Assembly: GCA_038889235.1 (NCBI GenBank)
Contig: JAWAHN010000002.1
Location: forward strand, 374,356 to 406,355
Source of the DNA: Candidatus Jordarchaeales archaeon
GTDB lineage: Archaea > Asgardarchaeota > Jordiarchaeia > Jordiarchaeales > Freyrarchaeaceae
Direction: 5' to 3'
DNA length: 32,000 nt
Shown: positions 16,516-25,197 of the stretch, piece after piece
How the letters are laid out: each line of letters begins with the position of its first letter
How positions within the stretch are numbered: the stretch's first letter is position 1
The notes under the pieces: model-generated
Databases searched by the model: none
The model's input: only the letters and a program-made list of their open reading frames with translations
What the model was told of the DNA's origin: nothing
Made by a program: the position numbers and the translations under genes

Positions 16516-17391
16516 TCATTCTCGAATGACGAGTATTATGACCCCAAGCACGGCTAGAGTGGTCCCTAAAATTGTTCTCAGCGAGAGGCGCTCTTTGCCT
16601 GACAGTACGCTTAAAGCAGCGGAGAAAATTGGGCTAAGTGATGCCAGTGCTGCCGCCTCTGCTGCGCCGATAAGCGCTATACTGGCGAAAAAAGCTAGTC
16701 CGCCAATAGCGAGGCCCACTAAGCCTGCCAATGTCAACATTACAACTTGTCTCCTAGCCATTTTAGTCGCAGACCTATGTCCCCCTGTAACTAGGAGGAG
16801 CGCCCCGGTTAGTACTGCTAGTACAGGGAAGCGCACCATGTTCGCCACGTAGAAATCAATCCCCCTTAGGGCGAGCTCGACCATAACCACGCCAACCGCC
16901 CAGAGAACTGCTGTCACCATGGACAGCATTACCCCCTTCCTGATGTCAACAACACCCTCCTTGCTGTCCTCTCTCGAGAGAATCCATATCGCGGCAACTA
17001 TTAGTGCTACGGCCAGAAGTTTCACCGGGTCAACTGTCATCTTCATAACTGCATCTATCGCGAACGTGAAAAGGGGGTATGTTGATGAGATTGCAACCCC
17101 TCTGCTGACCCCAGCGTACTTTATGGCTAGGATGTAAGCGGTGTCGCCGAGCCCTATGCCAATCATGCTCCCAGTTATGAGGTACGCTAAGTGGACAACG
17201 CTAACCTGCCAAAGCTTCCAAAGTTCTCCCGTCCCCCAGACAAGCAGGAAGAGCACGACCGAGACTGGTATAAGCCTTATGAAGTTTGCTAAAAAGGGGT
17301 TTATCTCGTTTTCATCCATCACGCTTTTGTAAAGTATAGCCGCTACAGCCCAGCACAGTGCAGAGGTGAGTGCAGTGAGTTCACCAATCAA
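16516..17391 (-). CDS. EamA/DMT-family transporter
   Basis: About 10 TM segments in two repeats with motifs ALCWAV, AIKYAGVSRG and ALASLSPIF. Confidence 0.88.
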   Translation of the reverse strand: MIGELTALTSALCWAVAAILYKSVMDENEINPFLANFIRLIPVSVVLFLLVWGTGELWKLWQVSVVHLAYLITGSMIGIGLGDTAYILAIKYAGVSRGVAISSTYPLFTFAIDAVMKMTVDPVKLLAVALIVAAIWILSREDSKEGVVDIRKGVMLSMVTAVLWAVGVVMVELALRGIDFYVANMVRFPVLAVLTGALLLVTGGHRSATKMARRQVVMLTLAGLVGLAIGGLAFFASIALIGAAEAAALASLSPIFSAALSVLSGKERLSLRTILGTTLAVLGVIILVIRE

Positions 17392-17402
17392 GATCGTCCC
17401 CT

Positions 17403-18314
17403 CTAGCTGTAGAGGAAGCTAAGAAGCGCCTCTTGAGCGTAAAGCCTGTTTTCCGCCTGGTCCCAGACGGCAGAGCGCTCCCCTTCCAAGACGTCCTCAG
17501 TGATCTCTTCCCCCCTATGTGCCGGGAGACAGTGCATTACTATGGCGTTTGGCTTAGCTAGTCTTAACAACTTACCGTTCACCTGGAATCTCGGCAGGAA
17601 GACCGATAACCTCTCCTCCGCTTCTCCTTCATCCCCCATGCTGACAAAGACGTCAGTGTAAACCACGTCCGCCCCCTCAACAGCCTTCTCTGGGGAGTTA
17701 AGTATCCGAATTTCCGTTTCTGGTTGAGCCATTGACACAGCTTTTTCAACTATCTCTCTCTTGGGCTCATACCCCTTGGGGGTTGCCACTCTTATATTCA
17801 CTCCAAGCATGCTGCATGCCAGGAGAAGGGAGTGGCAGACGTTGTTTCCATCCCCCACGAACGCCAATGTGACGCCCCTCAGTCTTCCGAGCTTTTCCTT
17901 CACGGTAAGCATGTCCGCTAGAGCTTGGCAAGGATGTTCCAAGTCGCTTAGGGCATTTACCACAGGCACCCCAGAGTACTCCGCTAACACTTCCAGATCC
18001 CTGTGACTGTAAACTCTTGCTATAATTCCGTCTACATATCTTCCGAGCACCCTTGCAGTATCCTTCAACGGCTCTCCCCTAACTAGCTGCAGCTCATCCC
18101 CTCGGAGAAATATGAAATCCCCTCCAAGGCGTCTAACGGCAACCTCAAACGAGACCCTCGTTCTAGTTGACGGCTTAAGGAATATTGCGGCGACTATCTT
18201 TCCACTGAGCACTTTCGGCGGCGGCACTCCTCCCTTTATCCTTTCAGCGGTTAGTAGGAGCTTTTCCAGTTCTTCACGTGTAACATCTGCTACTGAAAGG
18301 AAGTGTCTGACCAT
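17403..18314 (-). CDS. argF: Ornithine carbamoyltransferase
   Basis: PSTRTRVSFE, NALSDLEHPCQALAD, GDGNNV, YTDVFVSMG, HCLPAHRG and QAENR. The start is placed at MVRHF (18314). Confidence 0.95.
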   Translation of the reverse strand: MVRHFLSVADVTREELEKLLLTAERIKGGVPPPKVLSGKIVAAIFLKPSTRTRVSFEVAVRRLGGDFIFLRGDELQLVRGEPLKDTARVLGRYVDGIIARVYSHRDLEVLAEYSGVPVVNALSDLEHPCQALADMLTVKEKLGRLRGVTLAFVGDGNNVCHSLLLACSMLGVNIRVATPKGYEPKREIVEKAVSMAQPETEIRILNSPEKAVEGADVVYTDVFVSMGDEGEAEERLSVFLPRFQVNGKLLRLAKPNAIVMHCLPAHRGEEITEDVLEGERSAVWDQAENRLYAQEALLSFLYS

Positions 18315-18328
18315 TCCTCTCTTCCTGT

Positions 18329-19231
18329 CTAAACTATTCTCTCCACAAACCACTCGGCGTCAAATTTTTCCAAGTCATCGTAACCCTGCCCTACCCCAAC
18401 GAACATTATAGGCTTCCTCGTGGCGTAGGTTATTGATAGTGCAGCACCCCCCTTGGCATCCGCGTCAACCTTCGTTAGGATTATGGCGTCTATGCCAACC
18501 GCCTCATTGAACTTTTCAGCCTGCTCGACTGCGTCGTTTCCCGTCAGGGCGTCTCCGACGAACACTTTAAGATCGGGGTTCACAACTCTTACTATCTTCT
18601 TCATCTCGTCAAGCAGGTTTTTGTCGGTCTGCATTCTGCCCGCGGTGTCCACTAGCACCACGTTCACGTGCTTAGCCCTTGCGTGTTCGACAGCGTCCCA
18701 GGCTACCGCCGCGGCATCGGAGCGGTAGGATTGCTTTATGCACTTTACACCCAGGTTTTTAGCATGTTTTTCAAGCTGCTCTATGCTTCCAGCCCTAAAA
18801 GTGTCTGCTGCCGCGAGAACGCACGAGAAACCATTCTTCTGAAGGAAGTGAGCCACTTTTGCGACCGATAATGTTTTCCCCGTCCCGTTAACTCCCAAAA
18901 AAACCATGGTGAACGGCTCGCCGGTCCTCTTTTTCTCTTCTACCATCTTAACAAGGTCTATTTCCCCGCCACTCCTCAGAACCTCTAGTACCGCCTCCCT
19001 GAGGGAATCTCTAACTAAGCTTTTCACGTCAGTGAATCTTTTGACTTTGCTGCCGATTAACTTCTCCTTTAAGCTCTGGGCAATTTTCTCTGCGACTTTG
19101 AGCGAGACGTCGTTTTGCACCAAGACTAATTGGAGCTCCCAGAGTATGCTGTCAAGCTCACTCTCGCTAAGTTCTTTGACGGTGATCTTTTCAATTACCC
19201 TTCCAATACCTTCCCTAACTTTCTCAAACAA
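18329..19231 (-). CDS. ftsY: SRP receptor FtsY (NG domain)
   Basis: GVNGTGKT, AAADTFRAG, DTAGRM, TGNDA and TKVDADAKGGAALS. Confidence 0.96.
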   Translation of the reverse strand: MFEKVREGIGRVIEKITVKELSESELDSILWELQLVLVQNDVSLKVAEKIAQSLKEKLIGSKVKRFTDVKSLVRDSLREAVLEVLRSGGEIDLVKMVEEKKRTGEPFTMVFLGVNGTGKTLSVAKVAHFLQKNGFSCVLAAADTFRAGSIEQLEKHAKNLGVKCIKQSYRSDAAAVAWDAVEHARAKHVNVVLVDTAGRMQTDKNLLDEMKKIVRVVNPDLKVFVGDALTGNDAVEQAEKFNEAVGIDAIILTKVDADAKGGAALSITYATRKPIMFVGVGQGYDDLEKFDAEWFVERIV

Positions 19232-19266
19232 AGGGGGCCCCTCTCTCCCCTACTTATTCCTCCGGG

Positions 19267-19704
19267 CTAATCGAGTCCCTTTTCCTTGCTTATCTTCGCC
19301 GCCAGCTCCTGCAACTGCCTGTTTAGCTCCCTAGCCCGCCTAACCGTGGCGTCAAGCTGCTGGGCTGTGTTCTGCAACTCCCTTTCCAGCTCCCCCTGCC
19401 TCTCGCTAAGCTTGGCTTTGACGTCGTCTATGTTCTTTTCTACAACAATCCCAGCACCTATTTGGAATATTACTTTCTCTCTCTCCGCCACTTTAACCTT
19501 TAAGAAAGTCCCGGCTCCTAACGAGACCAGGACCTCGTGATCTGGACCCATATTTTTAACTTCGTCAAGTGCATAGGTTGCTCTTCGAGCCTCCTCCAGC
19601 ATTTGATTCAAAAGCACTAACCTGTCTTCAAGCATCTGGGCTTGTTGCTCGTAAATGTTAAGCTGGCTTAAAATCTCCCTAAACTTCTGTTCGTCCTCCG
19701 ACAT
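19267..19704 (-). CDS. pfdA: Prefoldin alpha subunit
   Basis: Coiled coils flanking VLVSLGAGTFL...IGAGIVVEK, in the conserved position upstream of ftsY. Confidence 0.93.
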   Translation of the reverse strand: MSEDEQKFREILSQLNIYEQQAQMLEDRLVLLNQMLEEARRATYALDEVKNMGPDHEVLVSLGAGTFLKVKVAEREKVIFQIGAGIVVEKNIDDVKAKLSERQGELERELQNTAQQLDATVRRARELNRQLQELAAKISKEKGLD

Positions 19705-19707
19705 CTT

Positions 19708-19962
19708 TCACATCTCCACTCCGGAAAGAATTCTAACTATCGGGCTTTCAGCTTCCTCGGGCTTGATAACCTCTACCTTTTCAATCACTATGTTTCGTCT
19801 TTTAACCCTATGCCGGCTCCCTATATTCGAGTAAATAAGCTCTAGTGCATGGTCCTTCTTCAAAGCTCGTATTTCATCGACAAAAAAGTACTTATTCTTC
19901 TTAACTTTCTTCTTGACGTAGTAACCCTCAATTCTGAAGACTTTAACTTCATTGTCCTGCAT
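19708..19962 (-). CDS. rpl18a: 50S ribosomal protein L18Ae (eL20/LX)
   Basis: KVFRIEG, IRALKKDHALELIYSNIGSRHRVKRRNIVIEKVE, plus operon context. Confidence 0.93.
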   Translation of the reverse strand: MQDNEVKVFRIEGYYVKKKVKKNKYFFVDEIRALKKDHALELIYSNIGSRHRVKRRNIVIEKVEVIKPEEAESPIVRILSGVEM

Positions 19963-19979
19963 CGGGAAGACACCCCCTT

Positions 19980-20648
19980 TTAACTGATGTTGAGAACGTT
20001 CATTATGTTTTGAATTTCGGGCCCGGTTGTGTCTTCGCCGACGAGTGCTCCCACAGAGTTAGCCACTAAACCGACTTTGACGTACGGCACACCACAGTTA
20101 ACTGTGCCTACATCTACGGGGATGCCAAAAAGTTTTTCGAGCTCCCTCAGCTCGCTGGAGGTTGACTGAGGGTGAACTATCACTCCTTTGCTGGTAGCAA
20201 CACCTGACGAACCAACTATTGTCATATTAGCTATGGTACCCTTTCGAACTGTAACGTTCAAAGTTTCCTCTATAACGGATATTGCTTCATCTCCGAGCTC
20301 GGGGCTGGCCAGGCACGCCTTCTCGTTAGTTAGGACAACGTTTCCTATGGCAGTTATCTTGCCCGGTACTCTGGAGACATTGATTCCTAGGGACTTCTTG
20401 AGGGCGTCGATCTCCTCCTCTAAGGCATAGTATGGGACTAGTAGCCCGTTTGGGTTCCCGGCTGACAGTACACCTACCAGCCTGCTTTCACCTATCAAGC
20501 TCTTAACAGCTTCGACTTCAAGGTTCTCCTTTATCGCCCGGATCACCTTGCCGGGAGTATCGGGTGGGACTATAGCATAGCTCTCTGTCGCCAGTATGAA
20601 CACGCCTATACTAGACGTCCCCTTGAACTTTATGCGTGCGATGCCCAA
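19980..20648 (-). CDS. eif6: Translation initiation factor 6 (aIF6)
   Basis: IGVFILATE, AGNPNGLLVP, AIGNVVLTN, GTVNCGVPYV and GLVANS. Confidence 0.96.
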   Translation of the reverse strand: MGIARIKFKGTSSIGVFILATESYAIVPPDTPGKVIRAIKENLEVEAVKSLIGESRLVGVLSAGNPNGLLVPYYALEEEIDALKKSLGINVSRVPGKITAIGNVVLTNEKACLASPELGDEAISVIEETLNVTVRKGTIANMTIVGSSGVATSKGVIVHPQSTSSELRELEKLFGIPVDVGTVNCGVPYVKVGLVANSVGALVGEDTTGPEIQNIMNVLNIS

Positions 20649-20668
20649 CCTTCAGCCCTTCCCTTTAG

Positions 20669-21022
20669 TTAAGAAGCAAGATCCACTCTTACCACGCCTT
20701 CGCTGTCCTTGACCGCTTTCACCTTGATCCTTCTCGGAGGCTTCTGGTCCCCTCTGCTCCAGATTTTCTCATTCAATCTCTGGGATATGAGAACTCTCTG
20801 TGCTTTCATATGTCTCGAAATGAACTCCCTTATTATCTTAATCGCCTTCTTCGTCCTCTTATTGCGTGGCACATAGTACGCCTTTCTCAAAGGAATAATG
20901 TAAAACCTAGTTTCCCCTTCCTCTGGGAGAGCTTCCTCTAGGGCGGCCTCCTCCCTTGAGGCTACTTCCTCCTCTTTAACCTCTTTCAACTCAACTTTTT
21001 CCTCAAAGTTTTCGCCCATCAT
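20669..21022 (-). CDS. rpl31e: 50S ribosomal protein L31e with an acidic N-terminal extension
   Basis: YIIPLRK, RTKKAIKIIREFISRHMK, LNEKIWSRG and PPRRIKVK. Confidence 0.95.
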   Translation of the reverse strand: MMGENFEEKVELKEVKEEEVASREEAALEEALPEEGETRFYIIPLRKAYYVPRNKRTKKAIKIIREFISRHMKAQRVLISQRLNEKIWSRGDQKPPRRIKVKAVKDSEGVVRVDLAS

Positions 21023-21033
21023 CGACCACCCAC

Positions 21034-21189
21034 TTACAGTTGTAACCTGCTTCTTCTCCAGTGTCTTCTCTTAAAGTTCACTCTTACACGACCAGCAGTT
21101 CTAATTACGACCCAAGCAGGAATATTCGAGTTCTGCTTACCTGCACGTGCAAGCCTCAACTTTTTCGCTAAAGGTTTAACCCGGGCCAT
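21034..21189 (-). CDS. rpl39e: 50S ribosomal protein L39e (51 aa)
   Basis: Not in the ORF track: MARVKPLAKKLRLARAGKQNSNIPAWVVIRTAGRVRVNFKRRHWRRSRLQL*. Confidence 0.97.
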   Translation of the reverse strand: MARVKPLAKKLRLARAGKQNSNIPAWVVIRTAGRVRVNFKRRHWRRSRLQL

Positions 21190-21195
21190 TATGGG

Positions 21196-21531
21196 TCACC
21201 TAAACTTAACCTTTGTTTCGCGCTTCGCGCCCTGAAGCTGTAAGAGTATCTTCTTAAGCATTTCGTCAGTTATTGGTAGTTTAATTCTTCCACTTTGAGC
21301 GAGCTGTATTAGTTGAACTTCAAGCTGCTCAGCAAAGGATGGTTTAACCATTTTCAAGTTTGCAAGCCGCTCCCTAGCTTCCGGAGTCAAGATCTGTCTA
21401 AGAGCAGCCTGCTTCTGAGCCTCCATCTCCCTCTTTAGCTCCTCCTGTCTCTGAGCCTCAGCGATTTGTCTCTGAAGCTCAAGCATTCTCCTACGCCTTA
21501 TCTCCTCGAGCTCCTCGTCGGACATTTCCAA
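21196..21531 (-). CDS. PDCD5-like DNA-binding protein (COG2118)
   Basis: [41 protein letters not shown] and [10 protein letters not shown]. Confidence 0.94.
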   Translation of the reverse strand: MEMSDEELEEIRRRRMLELQRQIAEAQRQEELKREMEAQKQAALRQILTPEARERLANLKMVKPSFAEQLEVQLIQLAQSGRIKLPITDEMLKKILLQLQGAKRETKVKFR

Positions 21532-21586
21532 TCACCCCGGACAAGCAAGGGAGTTTAAGGCTATGATGCAAACCTGGCCTAGTCCT

Positions 21587-22045
21587 CTACAAGTAATTCT
21601 TAAGTTCAGGTATTTCTTTCTTGAGCCTTAAACTTATTTTGTGAGCTATTCTATCGAGTAGGGAGCGCCCCTTGGCTGTTATGCACCTGCCCTCCTTTTC
21701 GACTTTCTCTACCAAACCGGCTGCCTCGAGCTGTTGGAGGGCTTTCCGTATTATGGCGCCGCTCCCCTTAGCAAAGCGCTCCGGCTTGACACCTCTCCTC
21801 TTCCTTCCACCGTAAGCAGTCCTCAGACGCGAAACCCCCACGGGGCCGTATATGTAGAGTTTCCTAAGTATAGACGCGCACCTCACATACCACCAGTCGT
21901 CCTGCACCGGCTGCCGCTCTTTATGCACCCCCGTCTTCCAGAAGCGCGACCCCGGGGGAGGAGAGATTTCCGGGTACTCCTTCTTGAGGACTTCCGCAAC
22001 CTCTTTTATCAAATCCCATGCTGGAACGTCGAAAATCGTCACCAA
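21587..22045 (-). CDS. rps19e: 30S ribosomal protein S19e
   Basis: [29 protein letters not shown] and [14 protein letters not shown]. Confidence 0.97.
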   Translation of the reverse strand: MVTIFDVPAWDLIKEVAEVLKKEYPEISPPPGSRFWKTGVHKERQPVQDDWWYVRCASILRKLYIYGPVGVSRLRTAYGGRKRRGVKPERFAKGSGAIIRKALQQLEAAGLVEKVEKEGRCITAKGRSLLDRIAHKISLRLKKEIPELKNYL

Positions 22046-22274
22046 GCAGCTTCGTCCTCCTTAAACCCTTGCTATGAAACATCTCTACGATTAATATAAA
22101 GCTTACCGGGCTTCAGCGAAACGATTTCATTGTTAACGAATTCTAGAAGTAAATTTTAATTTTTCCACCATTGTGCTCTTAACAATGCAGTTTTTAATGC
22201 TTCACACTCAAGGCGCTCCTTGCAGCTCCGCTTAACTTAGCTGAAGTATTCTTTCAACAACCCCCCATCTCTTG

Positions 22275-22688
22275 CTACTCGACCACGATGAGCTTCAACG
22301 GATTTCCATCCTTGTCGTACGCGTGAATGTTTTCAACGCCGGTGTAAGGGTAAGATACTATCAAGTGCACTACGCCAAAAGCAAACGCCACATTTAAGTC
22401 TTGCTTGGAAGGACGTGGGTCCCCTGACGGATGACTGTGAACGCTGCCAACAAGAGACATATCTATTGGGAGTTCATGTAGAGGAAACGAGGATTCACCA
22501 ATGCCGTAAACGCTGAAAGGGGGAACAACCACCTCGGCTATAACTCCCCTCCTTACCCTTAGAAGAGCGATGAACTCTTTGGGATGAAGCTCCCTTGAAA
22601 CTTCAAGCAGCCCCTCAGCTAGGCTCCTCTTAATCTTCACCGCTGTGAGCTGTCCTGCTCTCCTTCTTAAAAACCCCAATGAATCCAC
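22275..22688 (-). CDS. JAB/MPN+ (JAMM) metalloprotease
   Basis: Glu in HPKEF plus HSHPSGDPRPSKQD, matching H-x-H-x7-S-x2-D. Confidence 0.9.
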   Translation of the reverse strand: MDSLGFLRRRAGQLTAVKIKRSLAEGLLEVSRELHPKEFIALLRVRRGVIAEVVVPPFSVYGIGESSFPLHELPIDMSLVGSVHSHPSGDPRPSKQDLNVAFAFGVVHLIVSYPYTGVENIHAYDKDGNPLKLIVVE

Positions 22689-22823
22689 CTCGCCCTCGGC
22701 AGCGTACCTTTCTAGTCCAAGTTGAAATCTGCTGAGACTTGCAACACTCTATTTTTTTTAATTTGCCCAAAAAGTTAAAAAACAATTTGCTCTTATTTTC
22801 TTCCGAACTAAGAGGGGGGAGCT

Positions 22824-23582
22824 TTGAGCACTTGCGATCTCCTAGTGAGACATTTCAACTTTTCGCCTAAAAAACCCTGCAAGTTCTGGGTTCGCGTTGA
22901 AGGTAAAGCGTCTAGGTGCTTACTTGATGGCTCTGTTCCAATTTGTTGCGGCAACTGGTGTGAAGACCTAGGGCCAGACCTCTACGTGGTCATCTGTGAC
23001 AAGCTGAAGGAGGTTGCAAGAAACGTCGTGTACGCTATTAGAACAGGGATAGATGATATCGACCTGACTTTAAAAGGAGGTCTCATTCCACCAGTACATG
23101 CGGCATTCATAGGTAACATGAAAAATATAGATGCTTTCTTTGAACATTTACTCACCGAGGCTGCTGAAAAAAGGTATATGTGCGTCAAAATGTCTTCTGG
23201 AACGCTCAGGGTTCCTATCGGTGAAGTTCAAGGCGTCATATTTAGGGATCTCAACTCATTCTACGATGGACAATCTGTTTTCCAGCAGTTGAGTGAGATT
23301 TCAAGACTTGAAAGAAGCTCGCTTGAGCGCGGCTTTCAGGGGTTGCTGGTGGCGTTCAATAACCTATTGTACTTGGCCTCTACTGGTCAAGTGTCGAAAG
23401 TCATGTTCTTCGAAGAGCAGTTGGAGAAAATGAGGAGTAAGTTCAGAAAAACGATAGTACTCTGTCTATATGATAAAAATTCGCTTGACAAAATAAGAGA
23501 AAACTTTATACTTAATGTGCACAGCTTAGTCGCTTACATCGAGGAACCGTTAAAGGTTAAGGTTTTAAAAGCAAGCAGTTGA
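22824..23582 (+). CDS. Cys-rich N-terminus plus a MEDS-like (inactive RecA/KaiC-type sensory) domain
   Basis: GFQGLLVAF, FEEQL, IVLCLYD and NVH follow the MEDS pattern. Seven Cys lie in the first 60 aa. Confidence 0.5.
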   Translation: MSTCDLLVRHFNFSPKKPCKFWVRVEGKASRCLLDGSVPICCGNWCEDLGPDLYVVICDKLKEVARNVVYAIRTGIDDIDLTLKGGLIPPVHAAFIGNMKNIDAFFEHLLTEAAEKRYMCVKMSSGTLRVPIGEVQGVIFRDLNSFYDGQSVFQQLSEISRLERSSLERGFQGLLVAFNNLLYLASTGQVSKVMFFEEQLEKMRSKFRKTIVLCLYDKNSLDKIRENFILNVHSLVAYIEEPLKVKVLKASS

Positions 23583-23768
23583 ACAGAACTTACTTAAAGA
23601 GCCAGTGGTCGAGCAAGTTGAAGCCCAGCTTAGAAATCTCGGTCGTAAAACAAGTGCTCTAACCCGAGTGTCAATTATTGGAAGCCTGGTGCGTCATAAA
23701 CCTTGTGCTCTCAACCTCAAATTTAATATTCCGTTTACAAACATTTATTCCTGTGAAGTGGTGCCAGC

Positions 23769-24512
23769 TTGAAGGTGTTTCACTTGGTAGAAGGAAGCGA
23801 GTTTCCTTACCTTTCACATGGGGAAAGAATTCTGTGGAGTGTCAGCGGGGTTAAAATCAGGGATGATGAGGGGAGGGAGACAGAGGAGGGGAACATCTAT
23901 GTTACTAATCTGCGGCTGATATTCCATGGTAAGATGGCGTCCTTCTCGAAAAACCTCAAAAAAGGCGGCAAAGGCGTTACAGCTCTAAGCCTTTTCCTGG
24001 AGAACATTAGCAATGCTAAAGCGCTAGACGAAACAAAGGAGCTCGAAATAGAATACTACGTAGATGAGAGCCTCTCCGGCCTGAGTTGCGGAAGAGTGTT
24101 CCTAAGTGGGCTCACGGAAGTGCAAATAGGCCGCCTAATCCTCTTGGTGGAAGAATTCAAGAAGGGCACGCGTCCAGCGCTCAAAGGTTTAGAGGGAGAA
24201 AAGGAAAAGAAAGCGAAAGGCACTCTTAGCAGGATTCTTGAAATCATAAACCCAGATGAGGGAAAGGGAAGGTCTAAGGAAAAGCAGTCAAGAAAACGGG
24301 AGACTTTGCGCGCTTCAGTGTCTTCCGGGGGAAAGAGTGTTGCGAAAGAGGACGAAGAGCTCTTGAAGATTCCGCCCGGACTGGAAGTTGAAGGAGAAGT
24401 TGAGCTCATATGCCCCGCTTGTGGCGAGTGGATAAAATGGAGGCCGGGGATGCTTGTTTGCCCAGCATGCAACAAGAAAATGAACCCGTTCACGGGGAAG
24501 GTTGTTGGATAG
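23769..24512 (+). CDS. PH-like (GLUE/GRAM-type) domain, charged linker and C-terminal Zn ribbon
   Basis: PYLSHGERIL...GVKIRD...GNIYVTNLRLIF...LSLFLENI at the N-terminus, and CPAC-x12-CPAC at the C-terminus. Confidence 0.6.
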   Translation: MKVFHLVEGSEFPYLSHGERILWSVSGVKIRDDEGRETEEGNIYVTNLRLIFHGKMASFSKNLKKGGKGVTALSLFLENISNAKALDETKELEIEYYVDESLSGLSCGRVFLSGLTEVQIGRLILLVEEFKKGTRPALKGLEGEKEKKAKGTLSRILEIINPDEGKGRSKEKQSRKRETLRASVSSGGKSVAKEDEELLKIPPGLEVEGEVELICPACGEWIKWRPGMLVCPACNKKMNPFTGKVVG

Positions 24513-24521
24513 CGGGGTGAA

Positions 24522-25193
24522 GTGGTGGCTGAAAACTTTGTCGACCTTGCAGGCACTATAGGAGCTGTGTTGCTTTTCGCGTTCATGGCGGCGTTTATCG
24601 TCACTTACTCCCTCGGATTGAAGAAAAACAAGCAGCTCTTGGAGAAGTACTACACGCTTGTAAACGAGTGGGTTAAAACGCGCTTCAAGGTGGTTGATAG
24701 AAGAGTGTACAAGTTTAACGGGTTCAGATTGAAATGTGTCTCCACGGACATACCCCTGGAGAGGCTAGATGTTTCCCTCTACCTCGCGAACAGAGAAAAC
24801 CCACTGTATTACATAGTCTCCAAGGCGAAACCCCGCTACGATGTTTTTGTTTGCGAGGCATACTTCAAGGCAAGACCCCGCTTCTCCATGGAAATATTCA
24901 ACCCCAAGAAGGTTGTTTTAGACTGCAGCATGGAAACAGTTGCAAAAATTGGCGAGCTAGAAGTACGTGCACCCGGCGCGGACGCGGTCTTAAACCTACT
25001 AGAAGACATTAAAGAACATGTCGAAAGTTTGAAAGACATCATAATCAGGGTCTCGCTGAGAAGCGGCAAGCCGCACCTCATATACTCTTTCGTGGCAAAC
25101 GAGTCAAAACTAGTTTCAGCCCTAAGCCTGGTCGAAAAAATAGGATGGCACTTTAGACCCGTCAGGCCAAGGCCGAAATTCCTTGAAGGCTGA
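24522..25193 (+). CDS. Single-TM membrane protein resembling CCDC47 / DUF1682 (PAT complex subunit)
   Basis: One N-terminal TM, then AFIVTYSLGLKKNKQL...RFKVV and LYLANRENPLYYIVSKAKPRYD, paralleling remembered CCDC47 segments. Confidence 0.6.
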   Translation: MVAENFVDLAGTIGAVLLFAFMAAFIVTYSLGLKKNKQLLEKYYTLVNEWVKTRFKVVDRRVYKFNGFRLKCVSTDIPLERLDVSLYLANRENPLYYIVSKAKPRYDVFVCEAYFKARPRFSMEIFNPKKVVLDCSMETVAKIGELEVRAPGADAVLNLLEDIKEHVESLKDIIIRVSLRSGKPHLIYSFVANESKLVSALSLVEKIGWHFRPVRPRPKFLEG

Positions 25194-25197
25194 CGGA

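Noticed and set aside
16334-16519. 61-aa minus-strand ORF overlapping the EamA stop
   Set aside because: It is Arg/Gly-rich, coincides with GC-rich hairpins and has no recognisable family; the region is treated as non-coding.
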